Assembly: GCF_006345805.1 (NCBI RefSeq)
Contig: NC_042997.1
Location: forward strand, 190,402,001-190,466,000
Direction of reading: 5' to 3'
DNA length: 64,000 nt
Origin: Octopus sinensis
Taxonomy: Eukaryota
The position numbers and the translations under genes were made by a program. Of this stretch, positions 63,122 through 64,000 are shown piece by piece; position 1 is the first letter of the stretch; the number at the start of each line of letters is the position of its first letter. The notes below the pieces were generated by a model. It was not told the origin of the DNA. It saw only the letters and a program-made list of their open reading frames with translations, and did not search any database.

Positions 63122-63513
63122 TCTCTCTATATATAAAGCTGAAGCTGTCTGTGTATGGCAGGTTTGGTAGCCTTCAACTAACATTCTCTCCCCCGAGACC
63201 CTGCAGCGCAAGTTGACCAAAATTGAGAGTGTGATAGATAAGGCTTGCTTTTCATTCCGTAGAAGAGAAAATTTTAATCAGACTATGTTAACACCCAAAA
63301 TTATTTACATCAAAGAGCTGCTTTTTTTTCTAAGGAAATCCCTATTTTTTACGATTTTTTGACTGCCGTGTCGCCATTTTTCGGTGTATTTCAACCAGAA
63401 AAATGTTCACTTAGAGAGAATAACAAGCTACATAATGAAAAACTTTTACTTTTCAGAAATTCCAATTCTAAAAGTTCAAAACAAATCCGGGCAATGTCGG
63501 GCGATACTGCTAG
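63122..63513 (+). mobile_element. Complete non-autonomous Helitron
   Basis: A|TCTCTCTATATATAAAG 5' end; 3' hairpin CCGGGCAATGTCGGG then CTAG|T; A/T target with no TSD. Confidence 0.9.
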
Positions 63514-63706
63514 TATACATTAAAGTTATTGTTAATACACATTCAACAGTATGAATATATATATATATATATATATATAAACAAAGATAAATGCGATACA
63601 ATAAAATTAATTATAATCGCCGGTGTACCAGTACACGCCATATATTATACATATATCATTACATTCAAGGCGAAGAGTGTACTAGATATTACATATCTAT
63701 ATATAT

Positions 63707-63743
<37 letters not shown>

Positions 63744-64000
63744 GAAGTGAGAGTTAAGTTATATTAAATCTCTTAGCATGAGATAAATATTAACAGCACG
63801 GAACCGTAAAATATATATGCACATATATATATATTGTCAAATGAAGTAAGCGCAGAAGAAAATTAGCAGTAACAAGCAAGATGTGCACGAGGAATGTATT
63901 AGTTTGACGCCCACTTACACACAACTGTCCCTTTTGCCGTCCTGGTGTTCGTATGCATTCGATCCTTCTTCCAGGAAATCTACGCTTCCAGCTTAGTTTT

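Overview
AT-rich, very repeat-dense animal DNA. The tRNA-derived SINE families, the heavy (TA)n/(TTA)n/(GATA)n load and the transposon mix suggest an octopus or other cephalopod intronic or intergenic region; this is an inference, not a database match. No intact protein-coding gene is supportable, and almost all ORFs in the track are microsatellite artefacts. Recognisable content: decayed LINE fragments (CR1, RTE, R4/Dong-type, Tx1/L1), a Penelope-like RT fragment, a Helitron RepHel N-terminus with STPR-like repeats, a complete non-autonomous Helitron, mariner/maT/pogo-type relics and MITEs, four SINE families (A-D, my labels) and one 100-N gap. The main signal is at the RNA level: about a dozen hammerhead-ribozyme-like motifs in Penelope-type repeats and fold-back structures. 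Two classes are unusual. (i) Three diverged copies (30150, 31760, 61283) place the hammerhead strands in a non-circularly permuted order, with covarying stems I and III. (ii) A family (27615-27738, 39783) has a GUGAACA core, i.e. the C3-G8 pair swapped to G3-C8. There is also a near-perfect RFX X-box at 15680 and a few weak minus-strand micro-exon candidates. Structures were derived by eye and no activity is demonstrated.
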